Numbered from the stretch's first letter, positions 21,025 to 31,728 are shown. The stretch is DNA of 64,000 nucleotides from Chloroflexota bacterium (GCA_965219505.1 OZ244775.1:2558815-2622814), one strand, 5' to 3'. Notes: generated from the sequence alone by a model not told the origin. A program made the numbers and translations.

Positions 21025-22185
21025 ATGAAAATCGTCGACATCGAAGCCCTCTTGCCGGAAGCCCCCAAGCGCCGTAGCTGGCTGGTGGAAGAGCGCATGG
21101 CCAGCCCCATGTCGCCCTACCCGGAGTACGCTGAGACGCGCAGCTCCTGGCAGGGCATGGTGCCGCGCACAATCGCCCGCGTCAGTACTGATGAGGGTGT
21201 CGTTGGCGTCGGCGTGGGAGGCGGCGGCGCGCCCAGTTGCCACATCATCGAACACCACCTCAAGCCGTTGCTCCTCGGCAGGGATCCCCGCGATACTGAA
21301 TTGCTCTGGGACCTCATGTACCGCGCCACACTCCCTTATGGGCGCAAGGGACTGCCCATCATGGCGATCAGCGCCATAGACAACGCGCTCTGGGACATCA
21401 AAGGCAAGGCCGCCGGAGTGCCGGTTTACGTGCTACTCGGAGGCAAGACTACGGGCTCTGGGACTCAGCCACCGCGCGTGGTGGTTTATGCCAGCGGCAA
21501 CCGCACGGAGGCCTACACGCGGCTGGGGTTTAATCGGAACAAAGTCTTCATGCGGTATGGGCCATGGGACGGCGCTGAGGGCATGCGGCAGAACGAAGCG
21601 CAGGTAGCAGCGGCCCGCGAGGCGCTTGGGCCGGACAGGCTTCTGATGGTCGACGCTTGGATGGGTTGGAACGTGACGTATGCCATGGCCATGGCTGAGC
21701 GCCTGCGCCAGTATGACATCTACTGGCTGGAGGAACCGCTGTTTCCCGATGACTATGACGGCTATGCCACGCTACGCAAGCGCTTGCCCTGGCTGCACAT
21801 CGCCTGCGGCGAGCATGAATATACCCGTTTCGGCTTCCACGACCTCATTCAGCGGGGTTGCGCGGACATTCTGCAGCCCGATCTCGCTTGGTGCGGCGGT
21901 ATCACTGAGGCGCGAAGAGTCGCAGCCATGGCCGAGACCCACGGCCTGCAAGTGATCCCTCATATCGGTGGGGTGATGAGCTATGCCTTCGTCACGGCGA
22001 ACGCGGTCTGTCCCATGGCCGAGTTCATATTTGGCAGCGGCGACGGCACGGCAGTCGCACCCATCCATCCATTCTTTGCAGGCGAGCCGCTCCCTGAGAA
22101 TGGTGAGGTTATTCTGACGGAAGCACCAGGCTGGGGGGTTGAACTGTCTCCCCACACTGCTTTCACGCGCCCGCATCCGACGTAG
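21025..22185 (+). CDS. Enolase-superfamily dehydratase, second RhmD-like tandem paralog
   Basis: Shares the same motifs ('MVDAWMGWNV', 'WLEE', 'GEHEYT'). Start taken at ATG 21025 (MKIVDIEAL..). Confidence 0.75.
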   Translation: MKIVDIEALLPEAPKRRSWLVEERMASPMSPYPEYAETRSSWQGMVPRTIARVSTDEGVVGVGVGGGGAPSCHIIEHHLKPLLLGRDPRDTELLWDLMYRATLPYGRKGLPIMAISAIDNALWDIKGKAAGVPVYVLLGGKTTGSGTQPPRVVVYASGNRTEAYTRLGFNRNKVFMRYGPWDGAEGMRQNEAQVAAAREALGPDRLLMVDAWMGWNVTYAMAMAERLRQYDIYWLEEPLFPDDYDGYATLRKRLPWLHIACGEHEYTRFGFHDLIQRGCADILQPDLAWCGGITEARRVAAMAETHGLQVIPHIGGVMSYAFVTANAVCPMAEFIFGSGDGTAVAPIHPFFAGEPLPENGEVILTEAPGWGVELSPHTAFTRPHPT

Positions 22186-22364
22186 CCACTGCTCGTCGAC
22201 ATTCCATCTGTGTCACGTGCAGGCAGGCGCTAAGAGTATGGCGTCAGGCCATGCCGGTTGTGAGCAGGCAGCGGGATTTGGTCAGAGTCCGCCGGGCGCC
22301 TCTCTAGTTGAGACCTATTCCAGTGCGAGCATGCGGTTGCAGGCAGAAACCCAAGGACCTTTAC

Positions 22365-23093
22365 TCAAAACCACTGCTCAGCGATCCACTCTTGGATCAG
22401 ACTGAAGAGCTGGCTTTCGCTAAGAATTAGGCTCACGACCAGCAAGCCGGTCCAGCCAATGAAACTGGCAAGGAATGCCTTGGCAATCGATCCTCTCAGC
22501 GCCGGGCGCAGCGCCAACACGCCGTATTCGATCAGTGCCAAGTAGGTGAGTGCGGCAAGCGTGACGCCGTATAGCGGAATTACCTGGAAAAACAAGAAAA
22601 TAGCAGGCACGTATGCATAGGCAAGGGTTCGAAACACCTGCAAAAAACCTGCCCGGCTGCGGAAAAGCACTTTACACAGCCCATACGCTACAAGCAGCCA
22701 AATGACCCAGGACACCATCGCGTCGCCCATCGCCCTGGCGACGAATCCGATAGAGCCAAAGAATCCGAACCAGAACAACCCTACGAGGAACAGGCTGATG
22801 TTCTGCACCACGGCGACGATCAAGACTACCGTGAGCGCTTGCAGGTTCGCCGAATCGTCCTCATGCACTTCTTTGAAGACATCGGTGTTCAACATCACCC
22901 CGTGCACCATGCGATCTACAAGCTCCGACCAGCGCACGTAGGGGTCGAGGCGGCGGATTGGGACCATCACCGCGCGGCCCCAAGCAGTCTCCTGCCAGGG
23001 CCGCCGCTTGCGCTCCGGTAGCGGCTTCGCTTTGTAATCTTTATCGAGCGGCTTCATCCACGCTCGCGGTACACGGCTCATGTATCCTCCCAA
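22365..23093 (-). CDS. Yip1-domain-like polytopic membrane protein
   Basis: About 5 TM segments and overall Yip1/DUF1282-like architecture. Confidence 0.4.
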   Translation of the reverse strand: MGGYMSRVPRAWMKPLDKDYKAKPLPERKRRPWQETAWGRAVMVPIRRLDPYVRWSELVDRMVHGVMLNTDVFKEVHEDDSANLQALTVVLIVAVVQNISLFLVGLFWFGFFGSIGFVARAMGDAMVSWVIWLLVAYGLCKVLFRSRAGFLQVFRTLAYAYVPAIFLFFQVIPLYGVTLAALTYLALIEYGVLALRPALRGSIAKAFLASFIGWTGLLVVSLILSESQLFSLIQEWIAEQWF

Positions 23094-23464
23094 GTCAGTT
23101 TCTGGCGTTGCTATATCTGTACGCCAACACCGTTCTTTGGGCAGCGGGTCATGGGACTTGCACGCAGCGCTCTCGTGCCAGCGCCCTACGGCACTCCTAA
23201 TGCCTAAGTCTCGTACAGCGCTCTGTGACCCAACTTCTCACTTGCGCGGCAATTGGGGTAGAGGGGGACGCAATCGGCAGCCCATGCCCCGGCGGCAAGC
23301 CGCGCCGCTTTCATCTGTGTGCAAGCGATAGGCCGTAGAGTGATCGCCTAATTCTGATTAAGTGTATTGCGCAGCGTTGTAACAGTGCATAACTTCCGTT
23401 AGCATAGAGGACGCCGCAATTAACACTGTACCAAATCTGAGCGATACCATAGCGAAACAGATCG

Positions 23465-24946
23465 ATGCAATTACGGCACACACGACTCCTTAGCTGTCTG
23501 ACGCTCCTCATTCTGGTGTGGTCCACTTCTGCGCTCGCCGTGCAGGCGCACGGAGATGAAGCCGACCATGCTCACGCGCCCAATGCGCCCGACTTTGCCA
23601 TTTCTAGTGGCTGGTACTATACCCAGACCGGTAGTAGCACCGGCAAGGGCTACGCTATCATCGACTACGGCGGCATTGCCTTTTGGAGCGGCTTTCAGCA
23701 ACTCGGCGGCATGCCGGCGCTGGGATACCCGGTGACCGGGCGTTTCATTCTGGACGGTTTCGTCTACCAAGCGACGCAGAAAGCCCTCTTGCAGTGGAAC
23801 CCGGTGACGAGCAGCGTCAACCTTGCGAACACGTTCGATCTGCTCTCCGCCGCCAACTATGACGACTGGCTCGTGGCCTACCGGCAGATTCCCCAGAGCT
23901 TCGACTGGTCGGCAGACGACCCCATCCATGACTGGGACGGTACGGTGCAGAGTCACCTCACGCGCATTTTCGAGGCACAGCCCGGCGACACTCCGGAAAT
24001 GAGCGCGGCCCGCGCCGCGCTGAAAGAGCGTTTTCTCAGCGATCCTGACTGGCTGCTCCGCTTCGGCCTGCCGTTGGCCATCCAAGACTTCGGATCGATG
24101 GTTGTCGTGCGCGCCCAACGCAGCGCTTTGCAATACTGGAAAGTCAAGATGCCCTGGGCAGACGTTGGGGATGTGACAGTAGTGCTTGGCGGTGACCTTG
24201 CCAAAGAGTCCGGCCTCATTCCGGCAGCGGCTACGTTTCCGCTGGATGCGGCTTCCGCCATCTTGAGCGCATTGAAACCTCCCAGCGCTGCGCTTCCTCC
24301 TGCCGGAGAACAAACCGCACCCCCAGCGCCGGCAGTTACGGCGTCTTCCCTTGACTTCGTGTCTATTCCCACTGGCGGACTTGCCGACCAATTGTCCACC
24401 GTAGGAGCACCGACAGTCATAGCATCGCCCCACGGCAACTACCGTATCTACTTACAACTGCGTAATGACTCCAGTTCGATCATTTCCACCGCTATCGAGG
24501 TGCATTTGCTTGATGCCAACGGCGCCGAGATGGCTCATGCCAGCGGCAGTTTCACAGCCTTGCTGCCAGGGTCAACGCGCGTCGTTCGTCTCTTATCCAC
24601 CGACCCATATGCTGCTGCTCCTGCAGCGGTAGAACTCGGCTTTACCGGTACTCTGGCCGGTGGCGAGAATCACGAGCACGAGATCAGCTTTAGTGGCGTA
24701 CACTACGAGCGGGAAGGGAACCTCCACGCCCTGCACGGGTCGGTCACGAACAACGGCGCGCGCCCCTACAGCCTCGACCTCGACGGCGCTCTCTTCGATG
24801 CCGCCGGTAGTGTGCTGGGCATGGCAATCGGCCAGGTGATCAACCTCCTGCCAGGCGAGACGCGAGAATTCATGCTTACTACTACGGAGAACGTGCTGGG
24901 AGTAGCATCCCACACGGTAGCAGTCAATGTGATTATCCCCAAGTAA
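23465..24946 (+). CDS. Secreted hypothetical protein
   Basis: Signal peptide 'LTLLILVWSTSALAVQAHG'. No recognisable catalytic motifs. Confidence 0.5.
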   Translation: MQLRHTRLLSCLTLLILVWSTSALAVQAHGDEADHAHAPNAPDFAISSGWYYTQTGSSTGKGYAIIDYGGIAFWSGFQQLGGMPALGYPVTGRFILDGFVYQATQKALLQWNPVTSSVNLANTFDLLSAANYDDWLVAYRQIPQSFDWSADDPIHDWDGTVQSHLTRIFEAQPGDTPEMSAARAALKERFLSDPDWLLRFGLPLAIQDFGSMVVVRAQRSALQYWKVKMPWADVGDVTVVLGGDLAKESGLIPAAATFPLDAASAILSALKPPSAALPPAGEQTAPPAPAVTASSLDFVSIPTGGLADQLSTVGAPTVIASPHGNYRIYLQLRNDSSSIISTAIEVHLLDANGAEMAHASGSFTALLPGSTRVVRLLSTDPYAAAPAAVELGFTGTLAGGENHEHEISFSGVHYEREGNLHALHGSVTNNGARPYSLDLDGALFDAAGSVLGMAIGQVINLLPGETREFMLTTTENVLGVASHTVAVNVIIPK

Positions 24947-25245
24947 CTCCCCCTTCTTCACGCGCTATCACTCTGCGGCAGGTAGAGCGATAGACCTTGC
25001 CTCACGCTGCCCAACCGCAGGCACTCCTCTCTGCTGCATAGGGTAGAGGCTCTTTCTTCTCTTCTCCTTGCGATGCTCCAGCTCGCTGCAGCCATTTGGC
25101 TGAACAGATCTCCACAGCAGCAGATCTGTCATTGAGCGGTAACTGCACAGTGAGCAACGGAAATGGCAAGGCGAGATTCGAAACGTAAGACCGCCTAGCG
25201 ATGCCTACGCAACGACAAATCTGAGTAACCCACACTGGAAAGATC

Positions 25246-27126
25246 ATGAGTCCTGTAATTCCTGCCTGGCTACGTGAACTCGCTGACCGCCTGCAGGCCA
25301 CAACCACTGGGATCGGCTACATCATCGGGCTTCTCTTCAAGGAAGTCCCGGTGGCCGGCACGCTCATTACGCTCCAGAGCTTTGCCGCCGGCGCCACCAC
25401 CCCGCTCATTGTGTTCGCCATCAGCGGCCTCATCGATGACGTACAGCGCTCTGCTGCCAGTCCGTCTGACGTCTGGCTTTCGATAATCCCTTGGCTAGCG
25501 ATTCTCTTGGTCGCCTTTATCATCCGCAGCCTCGACGGCGCGCTGGGGGATTATCTGAGTCAGTTATCCGGCTTGCGCCTTGGCGCAGCCATTCAGCACA
25601 TGGTGTGCGCGAAAGCCGTCTCGCTACCGCTCAGCGTCTTTGAGCGGGAAGAGTACTACACCAAGCTGGAGGTGGCCGGTAAAGAGGGCGGGGGCAATCT
25701 CAGCCATTTCCTGGAGGATGTCTCGTGGCTCGTAACGTCGCTGGTCGGCGCGGCCGGCCTGATGGTGCTTTACTTTCGCGCCCACTGGCTCATTGGGGTG
25801 GCGCTGGTAGCCGTGATGGGTTTGCGGGCAGTCGTACAATCGTTCACCGAACACCATCTCCTAGAGGTCTTCTACCAAAACTCGCCCCGCAGGCGCGAGA
25901 AGCAATACTGGTCGCGGCTGCTCACCGACCGGGAGGCTATTCCCGAAGTCCGGCTTGCCGGTCTCGCCGACTTCCTTCTCCTCCGCCGCCGCAAGGCTTT
26001 CATACGCTTTCTCGCGGAGATTGTTGCTGTCCAGCGCAAGATGGCGCTGCCGGGGCTGGGAAGCGTAGCCGCGCAAGAAGCGGTAGCGTTCATTATTGTA
26101 TTTGCCTTGCTGCTTGCTTTGATCGGAAATATCACCCTGGGCAGCTTGGTCGCTCTCCTCTATGGATTGACCCGGTTCCGCGACCTCGCAGACAACATCG
26201 CCAATGCCTTGCGCAATATCTACGAAGAATTGCAGTACTCCGAGTACTTGCGCGACTTCCTAGCCCTTGAGGCGGAAGCGCCTGTTACGCCGGAGAACGG
26301 GCAACCAATACAGCGGCCCCTCCGTGAAGGGATTCAGTTTCGCGACGTCAGCTTTACATACCCGGGCGCAGAAAGACCGGCGCTTTCCAACATTAACCTG
26401 GAGATCCGGCCCGGTGAGCGCATCGCGCTCGTGGGCGAGAACGGCGCGGGCAAGACGACGCTCGTGCGCCTGCTCCTGGGTCTCTACCGGCCCACCCAAG
26501 GGACTATCTCTGTGGACGGGATCGACCTGTCCACGCTAGACCCCGACGCGTGGCGGCGCGAGGCAACGGCAGTCTTTCAGGACTTTGTGCGCTATCCCAC
26601 GACGGTGTTCGAGAACATCGCCTATGGCGACACAGGTTTGCTGGCTGCGTCTCCGCAAGCCGCAGACGCAATCCATCCCCGCATCGCCGCGGCCGCGGCA
26701 CAGAGCGGAGCAGATGGTTTCGTCGCCGCTCTGCCACAGAGTTACGCGACACCTCTTGGCAAAGAGTGGCCGGGTGGGATGGAGCTTTCCTCGGGCCAGT
26801 GGCAGCGGCTAGCCCTCGCGCGGGCCTATTTGCGTGACGCCCAGATCGTCGCGCTCGATGAGCCCACCGCCGCCTTGGATCCGCGAGCGGAGGTGGAATT
26901 CTACAGACAGTTCACCCAGGTAGCCGCCGGGCGGACCGCAATCTTGGTCTCGCACCGGCTGGGGGCGGCCCGGCTGGGAGACCGGATCGTCGTGCTGGCG
27001 CAGGGTCGCATGGTCGAGGAGGGCGACCATGAAGCCCTGTTGCACAGAGACGGCACGTACGCTCACATGTACGGGCTCCAGGCGCGTTGGTATGCCGCGC
27101 CTATGCATGCGGAGGACGACTCATGA
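25246..27126 (+). CDS. ABC exporter, fused permease/ATPase (first of a heterodimeric pair)
   Basis: An N-terminal 6-TM domain, Walker A 'GENGAGKTT', a variant signature 'SSGQWQR', and Walker B 'IVALDEP'. Confidence 0.8.
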   Translation: MSPVIPAWLRELADRLQATTTGIGYIIGLLFKEVPVAGTLITLQSFAAGATTPLIVFAISGLIDDVQRSAASPSDVWLSIIPWLAILLVAFIIRSLDGALGDYLSQLSGLRLGAAIQHMVCAKAVSLPLSVFEREEYYTKLEVAGKEGGGNLSHFLEDVSWLVTSLVGAAGLMVLYFRAHWLIGVALVAVMGLRAVVQSFTEHHLLEVFYQNSPRRREKQYWSRLLTDREAIPEVRLAGLADFLLLRRRKAFIRFLAEIVAVQRKMALPGLGSVAAQEAVAFIIVFALLLALIGNITLGSLVALLYGLTRFRDLADNIANALRNIYEELQYSEYLRDFLALEAEAPVTPENGQPIQRPLREGIQFRDVSFTYPGAERPALSNINLEIRPGERIALVGENGAGKTTLVRLLLGLYRPTQGTISVDGIDLSTLDPDAWRREATAVFQDFVRYPTTVFENIAYGDTGLLAASPQAADAIHPRIAAAAAQSGADGFVAALPQSYATPLGKEWPGGMELSSGQWQRLALARAYLRDAQIVALDEPTAALDPRAEVEFYRQFTQVAAGRTAILVSHRLGAARLGDRIVVLAQGRMVEEGDHEALLHRDGTYAHMYGLQARWYAAPMHAEDDS

Positions 27127-28928
27127 GCACTGTAGCCACCAACACCCAACGGTCTTGGCAGCGCCTTAAGTATGTGCCACGTACGCTGGGCCTCCTGCTC
27201 GCGGCCGATGCCAGAGGGACAATCCTCCATTTCACACTAAGCGTTGGCATGGGTCTGTTTCCCCTGGCTGAAGTGCATGTCTTGCGCCGGCTCATCGAAA
27301 CGGCGGAAATTATAGTTGCGGGAAGTGCCCCCGTGGCAGACGGCCTTGCTTGGGGACTCGCACTTGCCCTGCTTGCGATCCTGCACGCTGCGGTGATGCA
27401 CGTCAGGGAGATTGTCGACCGCCATCATCAAGAATTGTTGGGAAATTACCTGGAGGAGCGCTGCCTGCGGCAGGCGCAGTCAATGCCGCTGGAGTGGTTC
27501 GAGCATGACCAGCACTACGACTTGCTGCATCTGGTGCGGCGCAGAACCGTCGGGCGGTTGGGAGCCACGACCAGTTTCCTCTCACGGAGCCTTGCAGACA
27601 TAGTGACAATGGCATCGTTCCTCATCTACTTGGGGCAATTCCACTGGGGACTGCCGCTCTTGCTGGCTATCGGGACGACGCCAGGCGCACTGTTGCGCGA
27701 GCGCATTCATCGACAGCGATATCTCATGGACCGCGCGCAAGCCCCGGCTGAACGCCGCTTTGGCGTGTATACTGACCTATTGACCAGCCGACAATCAGCG
27801 GCGGAGCTTCGGCTCTTCAGCCTGGGACAGTGGCTGCTCGATCAGGCCAGACAACTCCGCCGCCGACTCCATAAAGAACGACTGCACCTCGCGGCGCACG
27901 AGGCGCGGCTCACGGTGGTCTCTGATGGCATGAACGGCCTCGTACATGTTGCGGCCATCGGAGTGAGCGTCGGCCTCCTCGTAAACGGTCACATTAGTGT
28001 TGGCGCGGCGGCGGCCCTCTTCGCCGCTATCGAGAGCTTCCAAATCACGTACTTTGGGCTGATTTGGTGTGGGTCTATGCTCTACAACTCTCTCCGCTAC
28101 TTGGAAGACTACTTTGTGCTGATGGATAGCCCGCGTATTGATATGGAAACCGGCCGCAGTCTAGATCAGCCGCTGACGAAATCCATCGTTTTTGAGAATG
28201 TCTCCTTCACCTACCCGGGAGCCAAGCGACCGGCGCTCTCCGACCTCAACCTTTCGCTCCGGCCCGGCGAGCGCATCGCGCTTGTGGGCGAAAATGGCGC
28301 GGGCAAGACCACGCTCGTCAAGCTCCTGATGGGCCTGTATAGTCCGACGTCGGGCCGTATTCTCGTAGATGGAGTTGACCTTACTGAAATTGCACTTGCT
28401 GATTGGTACAAGAAGTTCGGGACTGTTTTTCAGGATTTCCTCCGCTACCAGACTTCTGTGCAGGAAAACATCACCTTCGGCTGGCTGGAAGGAGCCGAAG
28501 ATAGAGCACACCTAGAATCCGTCCTCGCCCGCAGTGGCGCGCAAGAGGTAGCGGCAGCACTGCCAGAAGGTCTCGATACACCGTTGGGCAAGGAGTTTCA
28601 CGCTGGCGCGGAACTATCGGTGGGGCAGTGGCAGAAGCTGGCAATCGCGCGGGCCTATTTCCGACCTGCTGAAATCCTTGTCCTGGACGAACCGGCTTCG
28701 GCCCTCGACGCCAAGGCGGAAGCAGCGGTTTACAGTCACTTTGCCGACATGGCCCAAGAGCGCACCGCCGTTCTCATATCCCATCGTTTGGCTTCATGCC
28801 AGATTGCGGACCGGATTCTGGTGCTGCGGGAGGGCCGCTTGGTCGAGCAGGGCACACATGGCGCGCTGCTGTCATCTGGTGGCGAGTATGCAGAGCTCTA
28901 CCGGCTCCAGGCAGCCGCATACCGCTAA
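27123..28928 (+). CDS. ABC exporter, fused permease/ATPase (second subunit)
   Basis: ATGA overlap with the upstream gene. Walker A 'GENGAGKTT', signature 'LSVGQWQK', Walker B 'ILVLDEP'. Confidence 0.8.
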   Translation: MSTVATNTQRSWQRLKYVPRTLGLLLAADARGTILHFTLSVGMGLFPLAEVHVLRRLIETAEIIVAGSAPVADGLAWGLALALLAILHAAVMHVREIVDRHHQELLGNYLEERCLRQAQSMPLEWFEHDQHYDLLHLVRRRTVGRLGATTSFLSRSLADIVTMASFLIYLGQFHWGLPLLLAIGTTPGALLRERIHRQRYLMDRAQAPAERRFGVYTDLLTSRQSAAELRLFSLGQWLLDQARQLRRRLHKERLHLAAHEARLTVVSDGMNGLVHVAAIGVSVGLLVNGHISVGAAAALFAAIESFQITYFGLIWCGSMLYNSLRYLEDYFVLMDSPRIDMETGRSLDQPLTKSIVFENVSFTYPGAKRPALSDLNLSLRPGERIALVGENGAGKTTLVKLLMGLYSPTSGRILVDGVDLTEIALADWYKKFGTVFQDFLRYQTSVQENITFGWLEGAEDRAHLESVLARSGAQEVAAALPEGLDTPLGKEFHAGAELSVGQWQKLAIARAYFRPAEILVLDEPASALDAKAEAAVYSHFADMAQERTAVLISHRLASCQIADRILVLREGRLVEQGTHGALLSSGGEYAELYRLQAAAYR

Positions 28929-28946
28929 GTTCTGTTGATGTTTCCG

Positions 28947-28972
28947 GTCATTCCGAGCACAGCGAGGAATTT
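28947..28972. repeat. REP-like element, family A (GTCATTCCGAGCRCAGCGAGGAAT)
   Basis: Also present at 38886-38910, 39023-39047 (degenerate) and 39143-39167. Confidence 0.6.
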
Positions 28973-29103
28973 CAAGCGTTTGTGCGGGATTCTCTGTCTA
29001 ATCTGTGCTCTTCAGAGTGATAAAGAAAGCGGTTGAGAAGATAATGCTTGCGTCTGTGGTCGCTCGCTATCCCGCGTGCAACACAAGCTGGCACCGTGAA
29101 GAT

Positions 29104-29127
29104 GGATTCCCGCTTGCGCGGGAATGA
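29104..29127. repeat. REP-like palindrome, family B (GATTCCCGCTTKCGCGGGAATGAC)
   Basis: A perfect inverted repeat, attcccgc/gcgggaat. Copies also occur at 31705-31728 and, as a variant, at 46584-46607. Confidence 0.6.
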
Positions 29128-29305
29128 CGGCGAATTGTCCACACAACCTAATATGCAATGTAAGAATCTCGACCGCTCAAAAAACCCATTCCTAACCTAA
29201 GGCCCAACACATCTAGAGACGTTGCATAGAGTTTGCACGGCCTGGGTAAATGTAGCATGATAGAGCATAAGCATTTGCGCCAATGGGCTAATGAGGAGGT
29301 CGGTT

Positions 29306-30271
29306 GTGGGAGAACCGTACGCATTTTTCGAAGGTAACGTGGTGCCGCTGAGTGCAGCCAAAGTAGGCATCATGACTCATGCGCTCAACTACGGTACCGG
29401 CTGCTTTGAGGGCATTCGGGGCTACTGGGTGCCTGAGGACGAGCAGGTCTATCTCTTCCGCGCGCGTGAGCACTTTGAGCGCTTGCATCGCTCGGCGCAC
29501 ATCCTGCGCATGAAGCTGCGCTTCAGCCCGGAAGAATTAACGCAACTTGCCTGCGACCTCATCGCCAAGTCCGGCTACCGCGAAGACGTGTACGTGCGCC
29601 CGCTCGTTTACAAGAGCGCCGAGCAAGTGGGGCTCTCGCTGGTGCGCAAGTCTGCCGACGGCAGCTTGGAAGACGTACCGGATGATTTCTTCATGTTCAC
29701 CGTGCCGTTTGGGGCGTACTTGGACCTGGATAAGCCGATCCGCGTCACCATCTCTCCCTGGCGGCGCATTGACGACAACGTGATTCCACCGCGGGCCAAA
29801 GTAACGGGGTTATACATCAATTCGGCCCTGGCTACTTCTCAAGCCAAGGAATTGGGTTTCGACGAAGCCATCATGCTGAACGGCGATGGCTCAGTATCGG
29901 AGGGCCCAGGCGAAAACATCTTCATGCTGCGCGACGGCAAGCTCATAACCACCGGGCCTGACTCCAATATCTTGGAGGGCATCACACGTCATGCGGTGAT
30001 GACACTTGCCCGTGAAGAATTCGGCATTGAAGTGGTGGAACGGCGCATTGCGCGCACCGAGCTCTACATTGCCGATGAACTTTTCTTTACCGGCACGGCC
30101 GCGCAGATTTCGGCCATTGGCGAGGTGGACGGCAGGACTATCGGCAGCGGCGAAATCGGCCCCGTAACGGCCCGCCTCCAAGAGGTCTTCTTCGCAGCGG
30201 TGCGCAACCGCAGTCCGAAATACGGCGACTGGTGCGCTGCCGTCTACCCCGTAGGCGCCGGCGTAGGGTAA
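29306..30271 (+). CDS. ilvE: Branched-chain amino acid aminotransferase
   Basis: Class IV aminotransferase motifs. An AGGAGG RBS at 29294-29299 points to the GTG at 29306 as the start (MGEPYAFFEGNVVPL). Confidence 0.8.
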   Translation: MGEPYAFFEGNVVPLSAAKVGIMTHALNYGTGCFEGIRGYWVPEDEQVYLFRAREHFERLHRSAHILRMKLRFSPEELTQLACDLIAKSGYREDVYVRPLVYKSAEQVGLSLVRKSADGSLEDVPDDFFMFTVPFGAYLDLDKPIRVTISPWRRIDDNVIPPRAKVTGLYINSALATSQAKELGFDEAIMLNGDGSVSEGPGENIFMLRDGKLITTGPDSNILEGITRHAVMTLAREEFGIEVVERRIARTELYIADELFFTGTAAQISAIGEVDGRTIGSGEIGPVTARLQEVFFAAVRNRSPKYGDWCAAVYPVGAGVG

Positions 30272-30424
30272 GAGCTGGCGTAGTCCACCAACTTTGTGCG
30301 GTAGTTGGGGTCCCGTGTTTCCACCGGCGCTATCGTTCAGTACTGCCCATTCCGCTGCATTCTCGGATTGCACGCTGAGACAAAGTGGCACGCGCGACTT
30401 GCGAGCCACCGCCGAGGAGGAAGG

Positions 30425-30802
30425 ATGGCAGAGCAAACACGCGGCAACCTAGAGACTGAGCTTGCCCCTACTTATCGGTTTTGGAAGGACAAGGCGTTCT
30501 ACCTCCTGCTAATTCTTGCCGTGCTTATCAATTTAGCCTTGCTCGGGGCCATTCTGACCATCTTCCCGCAACTCCCGGAACGGCTGCCCATTCTCTTCAA
30601 CGCTCAGGGACAAGCCGATCTGGTGGCCAACAAGGTCTACCTCTATCGTTTGCCGCTCGGTGTAACATTGCTGACGATCTTTAACGGCACGGTAACTGCC
30701 TTCCTCGTGAAGGACAGCGCCTTTGCCGCCCGCATGCTAATGCTGGCAACCTGTTGGATAGGGTTGCTTCTCATGGCCGGCCTATGGTTCATCATTCGCT
30801 AA
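30425..30802 (+). CDS. Small membrane protein (3-4 TM), function unknown
   Basis: Hydrophobic profile only. Start chosen at ATG 30425 (MAEQTRGN). Confidence 0.35.
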   Translation: MAEQTRGNLETELAPTYRFWKDKAFYLLLILAVLINLALLGAILTIFPQLPERLPILFNAQGQADLVANKVYLYRLPLGVTLLTIFNGTVTAFLVKDSAFAARMLMLATCWIGLLLMAGLWFIIR

Positions 30803-30815
30803 GGAGGACATATCG

Positions 30816-31559
30816 ATGCAGTTAGAGGGAAAGTGCGCTATCGTTACCGGCGGCGCAACCGGCATTGGCCGCGCTGTCTGCCTTTCGCTTGCCCGTGAAG
30901 GAGCATCTGTCGTAGTCAATTTCTCGAGGTCAGAGAAAGAGGCCGAACAGACCGCCCGTGACGCCACAGCAGCCGGCGGCCAGGGTGAAACCTTCAAGGC
31001 TGACGTAGCCGACGAAGAGAAGGTCAAAGAGATGGTGGCGTTTGCCCACGAATCTTTTGGGCGGGTGGACGTGCTGGTGAACAACGCGGGATACACGCAG
31101 TTCATCAAACATACCGAGCTCGACAAGCTGACGGATGAGCTTTGGGACCGCATCTTTGCCGTCAACGTGAAGGGCGCTTTCTACGGTATCCGCGCGGTCG
31201 CGCCCATCATGAAGGCACAGGGCAGCGGCCGCATTGTCAACATATCCTCGGTGGCCGGCTTAACCGGCGGCGGTAGTTCAGTGCCGTATGCCGCGTCCAA
31301 GGCCGCCATGATTGCTCTTACCAAGTCTATGGCCGCCGCCCTCGGACCGGAAATACTTGTGAATAGCGTAGCGCCCGGTCTCATTTATACGCGTTGGACG
31401 GAAGGTCACCCCGAGCGCAATGAGGAGATTCGCCAGTCCACCGTTACGCAGCGATTGGGCACGCCGGAGGATATCGCGGGGGCAACGCACTACCTCATTT
31501 GTAATGGTGAATGGGTAACCGGCCAAACACTTGTGATCGACGGCGGCAGAGGTGTCTGA
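30816..31559 (+). CDS. SDR-family oxidoreductase (3-oxoacyl-ACP reductase-like)
   Basis: RBS 'aaggagga'. 'TGGATGIGRA' Rossmann motif and a YxxxK active site ('YAASKAA'). Confidence 0.75.
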   Translation: MQLEGKCAIVTGGATGIGRAVCLSLAREGASVVVNFSRSEKEAEQTARDATAAGGQGETFKADVADEEKVKEMVAFAHESFGRVDVLVNNAGYTQFIKHTELDKLTDELWDRIFAVNVKGAFYGIRAVAPIMKAQGSGRIVNISSVAGLTGGGSSVPYAASKAAMIALTKSMAAALGPEILVNSVAPGLIYTRWTEGHPERNEEIRQSTVTQRLGTPEDIAGATHYLICNGEWVTGQTLVIDGGRGV

Positions 31560-31704
31560 TAGGCACGTGATCGCTTGAATGTCCGCAGGCGCTTCATACT
31601 GCGTCGTAGTCGCTTGATGTCAATTGTGATTTGATGGAGAAGTCTCCACTTGGTCGTGCGCGCTGCTTGAGAGAGTAGCAAGTCCAAGGAAGACAGAGCG
31701 GATA

Positions 31705-31728
31705 GATTCCCGCTTTCGCGGGAATGAC
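31705..31728. repeat. REP-like palindrome, family B copy, adjacent to the short tandem repeat 'gacggatggaacggRaat' x2.5
   Basis: Same palindrome as at 29104. The short repeat lies at 31726-31765. Confidence 0.55.

Noticed and set aside
20079-21110. A 343-aa minus-strand ORF antisense to the RhmD-like genes, along with many other 60-200-aa ORFs antisense to or overlapping confident genes (e.g. 1816..2244, 4372..4833, 7787..8434, 18440..19006, 23471..24433, 31594..32076, 34375..35037)
   Set aside because: High GC content produces long stop-free antisense frames. These ORFs lack RBSs and recognisable motifs, and they overlap well-supported genes on the other strand.
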